NCBI GenBank assembly: GCA_030704615.1
Contig: CM060731.1
Span: 61,070,001-61,134,000, forward strand
DNA length: 64,000 nucleotides
Origin: Takakia lepidozioides
Taxonomy: Eukaryota; Plantae; Bryophyta
Reading direction: 5' to 3'
A program made the translations under genes and the position numbers. Of the stretch, positions 59,811 through 64,000 are shown one piece after another. Numbering within the stretch: position 1 is the stretch's first letter; each line of letters begins with the position of its first letter. The notes under the pieces were generated by a model that made no database searches, was not told the DNA's origin, and worked only from the letters and a program-made list of their open reading frames with translations.

Positions 59811-61618
59811 GAATGTCTTTGGGAAGGGATGATGTCCCTGCATCCTTGAGCGCGGTTGCAGATGGAGACTTTGCAGATTATGAGTACACCACAGAAGCTG
59901 TCGCAGCTGGAATTTGCACGATGGTGGAACAACCGCAATCGCATGGTGTGGGTTTTCCTTAATGTACGATGTGAAAAAGTTTGTCCATCCTGCAAATGCG
60001 GGCTCTTGGCTCCTGTTAGTACCACGATTACCGTGGTGGTTCTCACAGACCAGTCTGGCATTACCTGACTACAGACACAAGCAGTACACACAAGAGGTCC
60101 TTCTGGGTTGATGGTCGGTCAAATCCTCCATGGGTCATGACACAAGGTCAAGGACAATGTGGTGAGGATCGATTTTGATAAGAGGGAAAAACATAGTGAA
60201 AATGTATCGAAGAAGGTGCCTTCATTAGCTTAGATAAAGCTTCTCCTCTTTGCAAGAGCAGAGTTCGGTTAATAGACCCGTAGACACTTTGAAAAAAGGA
60301 GTAAGCTTTGCCATTTACCTATGTCACCCTCTTTCAAGGCAGATTAATAGTTCCAGATTTCTGTCCGTTCTTCTTTCTTTCCCGGGATCACAGGGAAGAC
60401 TATATCTTTTGAGGATATTACTGGGTACCCTCCTGTAGACAGAGTTGTGAAGCCTTCTCAAGCGATACATGGTAACATAAATCAAAACTATCATTCGGAA
60501 GTTAAACTGGTGCCTCAACTGTGGTATATATGACACTATTAGGTTGTGTCCGCAAGTACGAAGGTGTCAGGCTTTATAGAATTAGTCATGCCATTTACAT
60601 AAACCCTGAGCTTATCTGCAGGAAACCAGCCCTCTTGACACAAATTGCCGAACCGTATGGAAATTTTTGGTCATAATTGGTCATAAGTTTTCTACCTCTT
60701 TTATCAGCTTATATTCTCAACTATCACACCCCTTGATCAATCTTTGGCACAAGTTTGTCAAGCTTTTGTAGATCTTCAATCAGCGTTCCACCTTCCTTGT
60801 TCGCATTTCCAGCTTAATCATAAACACCAGTCATGTATTCACACCAAACATACCTCTCCTCTACCTTAAAGAACTGTGAACTACCCGGTGCTTGTACAGA
60901 AATCTCCTCGCTGATAGTCACTTCAGATTCTCTCTCCAGATCTACGAAAATAACTTTGAGAGAGCAACGATATGACCTGTGCAATGCTAGACTCTGCTTG
61001 ATCTAATCATGGTTAATAAGGCTAACCAGCCTAGTCCCCTAGTCAGCTGTTGGAAGCTCATGAGCAAATAAGAGAATTTCTTTCAGAGAAATCATAGAAC
61101 AAACTACCTTAAACTTTGAAGACAATATCAACATCAATAATATTGTTTACCAAGACAATATTTTTATTTAGACAACTATTTTTTGTCAAGAATGTATCTT
61201 CGATATGGTTTTATCAATTATATCGAAATGCTAATGTCCACTGTAAAATAAAATAAAATTGGGCATGTGTATAGCTTACAATAATGTGGAAAAACAAATG
61301 TTAATGTGGAGATATTGATAAAATATGCTTTAAATAAAGATAATAAATGTTGAACAGTGGAACAAATATGCATTAAGTAAAAGACAATAAAACATTTTTC
61401 ATGAAACCGTTCTTTGATTCAGCGACCTAACCCCTGGAGGTTATCAAGAAGGTTATATGGATATATAACCGCGGTTCTCAAAAAAACAAAGAACCGGCAA
61501 AGCCTCATATCCGCCGCTTATGTAGTTTTGAAATAACCAGCTGGCACAGGTCTTAGAATCTAGCAACTGAAAGCAGAAAACACTAACATATAATATCTTG
61601 TATATAACTGATGGCCAG

Positions 61619-62277
61619 ACAAGAAATTCGACAGCACAGGCGATGGGAGGGACAGGATCTACTACGGGAGGACTACAAGGTTGCAACTGCACACAACTAT
61701 GGGATGGTGGAAAGGGTTGTCAAGAAGCTTGGAAATATTCCAGAGGTGGACCTTCCACTTTGAACTTTCTGCTTAACTTACCTTCTGCTGTTAGTGGGTT
61801 GGGACTACAGCTGATCTTGAATTTAAACTCAGCTCCGGCTTGCAACTGTCAGTGAGTGCGCATTAAATCAGTGTTTTCGGTGAAGCTGGACCAGACCTAA
61901 CCTCAAAGTGGGTACTCCATGGCCTTTGCAACTGGCAGACTGAGATTCTATTACATACATTCACATTGTGCTATGCCCCATCAATACTCACATTCATTGC
62001 TCAACTATGTTTGTCCTTTTTATCTGTTATGCATACATCCTCAGGTGTATTGAAGTAGAGTAAAACTGCATATTTATACAAGTCTGTCCTTAACTCTCAG
62101 AAACATGCAGCCATTCACACAATACAGTCACCTGCATCATGAGTTGTGTCTTAAAAATGTTCCAATTTACAGGTTCTCCAGCTGAGTGACTTGGTGGATG
62201 GTGACCCATGCACCAATGAGCGCAATGTCATCATTTATGTTGCGTACATCTGCTCAGAGCTGTTTGGCAGCTCACAG
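61619..62277 (+). pseudogene. Orphan two-exon fragment of an abnormal-spindle/ASPM-like gene (end of the second calponin-homology domain)
   Basis: Exons 61619-61745 and 62173-62277 (AG...GT, phase-0 join) give EDYKVATAHNYGMVERVVKKLGNIPE|VLQLSDLVDGDPCTNERNVIIYVAYICSELF, matching the recalled ASPM motif NF.LV...V..LGGIP.MI..SD....PDEKVVI.YLSFLC..L. No other ASPM exon was found in the window. Confidence 0.75.
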
Positions 62278-62509
62278 GTAAATATTTAACCCCTTACCCT
62301 TTCCTTCTCTCTCTCCCCTTCGGTATGGTTACAAATAGGAGATAGTTCATTAGATGTAGCTTGCTTAATAGCACTCATATGTGGGACTAGTTTGGACTGG
62401 GGAAAGATGAAGAGACAGGAGAATTTTTTGTGAGAAGAAATGCCAATGGAAACCAAGAGGGGGCCTCGGCGACACAGTACACAACTGAAAACCGTCAAAG
62501 ATCTGCCAA

Positions 62510-62651
62510 AGACCCGCCGATTATTTGATGAAAACCGCCGGTTCTTTGAGGTTCTTACAATTAACCGGAACCGATGGTTCTTTCCATAAAAAAGATTTGA
62601 AAAAACCGGAACCGGAGGTTATAAAAGAAATCAAATAACCGCCTAACAGTG
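62510..62651. mobile_element. hAT-like terminal/subterminal sequence; related motifs at 61400-61550
   Basis: aaccggaaccgg repeats, gaggttat, and end aaataaccgcctaacagtg resembling the TIR of the 33583-34088 MITE. Confidence 0.5.
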
Positions 62652-63049
62652 GTCTAATGAATATGAAATGAAATAAATGTTCATCTTCTTGTAAAACTTG
62701 AATATACCCCATTTATTTGGACGTTGTTCTCAGAAGTCGTCGCTAGTAGTGCGGAGCAACGCGAAGCCCTAGTTTTATTATTAGGCGCAAAAATGCCTAA
62801 ACAGGGACGGTAGTTTAGCGTAGAACGGGAATAGGGTGCCATAATGCCACGTCATTGTCGCCACGTCATTGTCTTCATGTTTTTTGGAGCGTGCCCGGAT
62901 TGCCCGAAAAAAACCAAAAATAACTTCTTGAGCTTCTGAAGCTCAAAACTCAGCGATGTTTCATGGACAGAGCAGGGGTAAGGAGCACCTCCACCATCAC
63001 TACTACTGCCTTTGAAACAAGACCAAGAGAGCTAGGAACTCTTCCAGTG

Positions 63050-63656
63050 CCTGTGAGGATGTGAGGGCACTCTATAAGGAAGGACGACTGAAGAGGCGGT
63101 GCGCGTTGTGAACCAAGGAGGCGATTGGGCACACCAAGGGCTCACCCCAAACAAGGTGACATTCGTCTGCGTTCTTCGTGCGTGTGGGAGCCTCCAAGCT
63201 CTTGAAAAGGGCACAGAGGTACATGCTGACATCATCAAAGCTGGAATTGGGTCAGATATCATTCTGGAGACAGCCCTTACTGTCATGTATGTTAAATGTA
63301 GAAGCGTTAAGGAAGCGCGGAAATTGTTTGACAATATGACTCAACAAGATGTGGTCTCTTGGAACGCCATGATCACGGGATATGCTCAGCATGGGTATGG
63401 TAGGGAGGCTCTGGAGATCTATGAGCAAATGATACTGGAAGGGGTGATACCCGACAGGGTCACGTTTACGTGTGTGCTCAATGCGTGTGGTAGGCTAGGG
63501 GCCCTGGAAAAGGGCGAAGAGGCCCATGCTCACATCATCAAAACTGGATTTTTGCAAGACATCTTTCTGGAGACTGCCCTTGTCGAAATGTATGTCAAAT
63601 GTGGGAGCATGAAGGATGCACTGAAAGTATTTGACAAAATGGCTGAACGGGATGTG
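63050..63656 (+). pseudogene. Truncated PLS-class pentatricopeptide-repeat fragment
   Basis: N-terminal-type motif CEDVRALYKEGRLK/AVRVV with a 1-nt frameshift and an upstream in-frame TGA. Then L-S-P-L-S repeats (PNKVTFVCVLRACG...DVVSWNAMITGYAQHG...PDRVTFTCVLNACG...VFDKMAERDV) that stop abruptly at 63656. No E/DYW domain. Confidence 0.85.
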
Positions 63657-64000
63657 CAATTTTGTGTATTCACATCCCAGTTCCAACTGGAGGAAATTTC
63701 AACAAGATATGCAGGGAGCACAAGGATCTCTTCACTGCCCCATGTCTTTTGAAATCTCAGAAGAACTAATTGGTGTGTCCCTTTTGTGATGTACTCTAGT
63801 TCAGAGAGAATGTACTGACAAAAATTGTTTTCATAGCCTCTTCCCTTCCATTCAGGATATTTGGTATGTTCATGTTGGCTGTTTGCAATGTAAATTATCA
63901 TGGGTTGTCATCGGCAGCTGCTGGCAGCCATGGAGGATCTGTGGATTGGGAAGTTAAAGGGATGTGGTTGCATATCCAGTGTAGAGGACCAAGTTTCAAG

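Noticed and set aside
59810-60150. Short ORFs with a CPSCKC motif
   Set aside because: I could not assign them to any family; they may be decayed cargo or chance.

Overview
Eukaryotic, intron-rich plant DNA, by inference from a non-seed land plant (bryophyte/lycophyte/fern grade). I rebuilt four genes by hand from splice sites and reading frame. (1) The 3' six exons of a CER3/WAX2-like gene (+, 93-2316). (2) An 8-exon gene (-, 11345-3476, 771 aa) that the ORF track fragments. Once spliced it encodes a PG_binding_1-like peptidoglycan-binding domain, one transmembrane helix and a C-terminal coiled coil. It is a candidate anchor between plastid peptidoglycan and the envelope, and the most interesting item here. 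(3) DCP1 (-, 8 exons, 356 aa). (4) UDP-sugar pyrophosphorylase (-, 17 exons, 621 aa). The rest is transposon-rich: a young full-length Ty3/Gypsy chromovirus (24875-31827, GAATG TSD) nested in a rearranged older copy of its own family; a foldback element; hAT-like MITEs; a TSD-bounded L1 in the USP promoter; a CRE-clade (restriction-like endonuclease) non-LTR element; and an RTEX/L2-like LINE family with a non-poly(A) tail that builds a long hairpin in DCP1 intron 1. The 59-64 kb end is a patchwork of orphan gene fragments (two ASPM calponin-homology exons, a truncated PLS-PPR) among transposon termini. All family assignments come from recalled motifs, not database searches. No CRISPR, rRNA or intact tRNA was seen.
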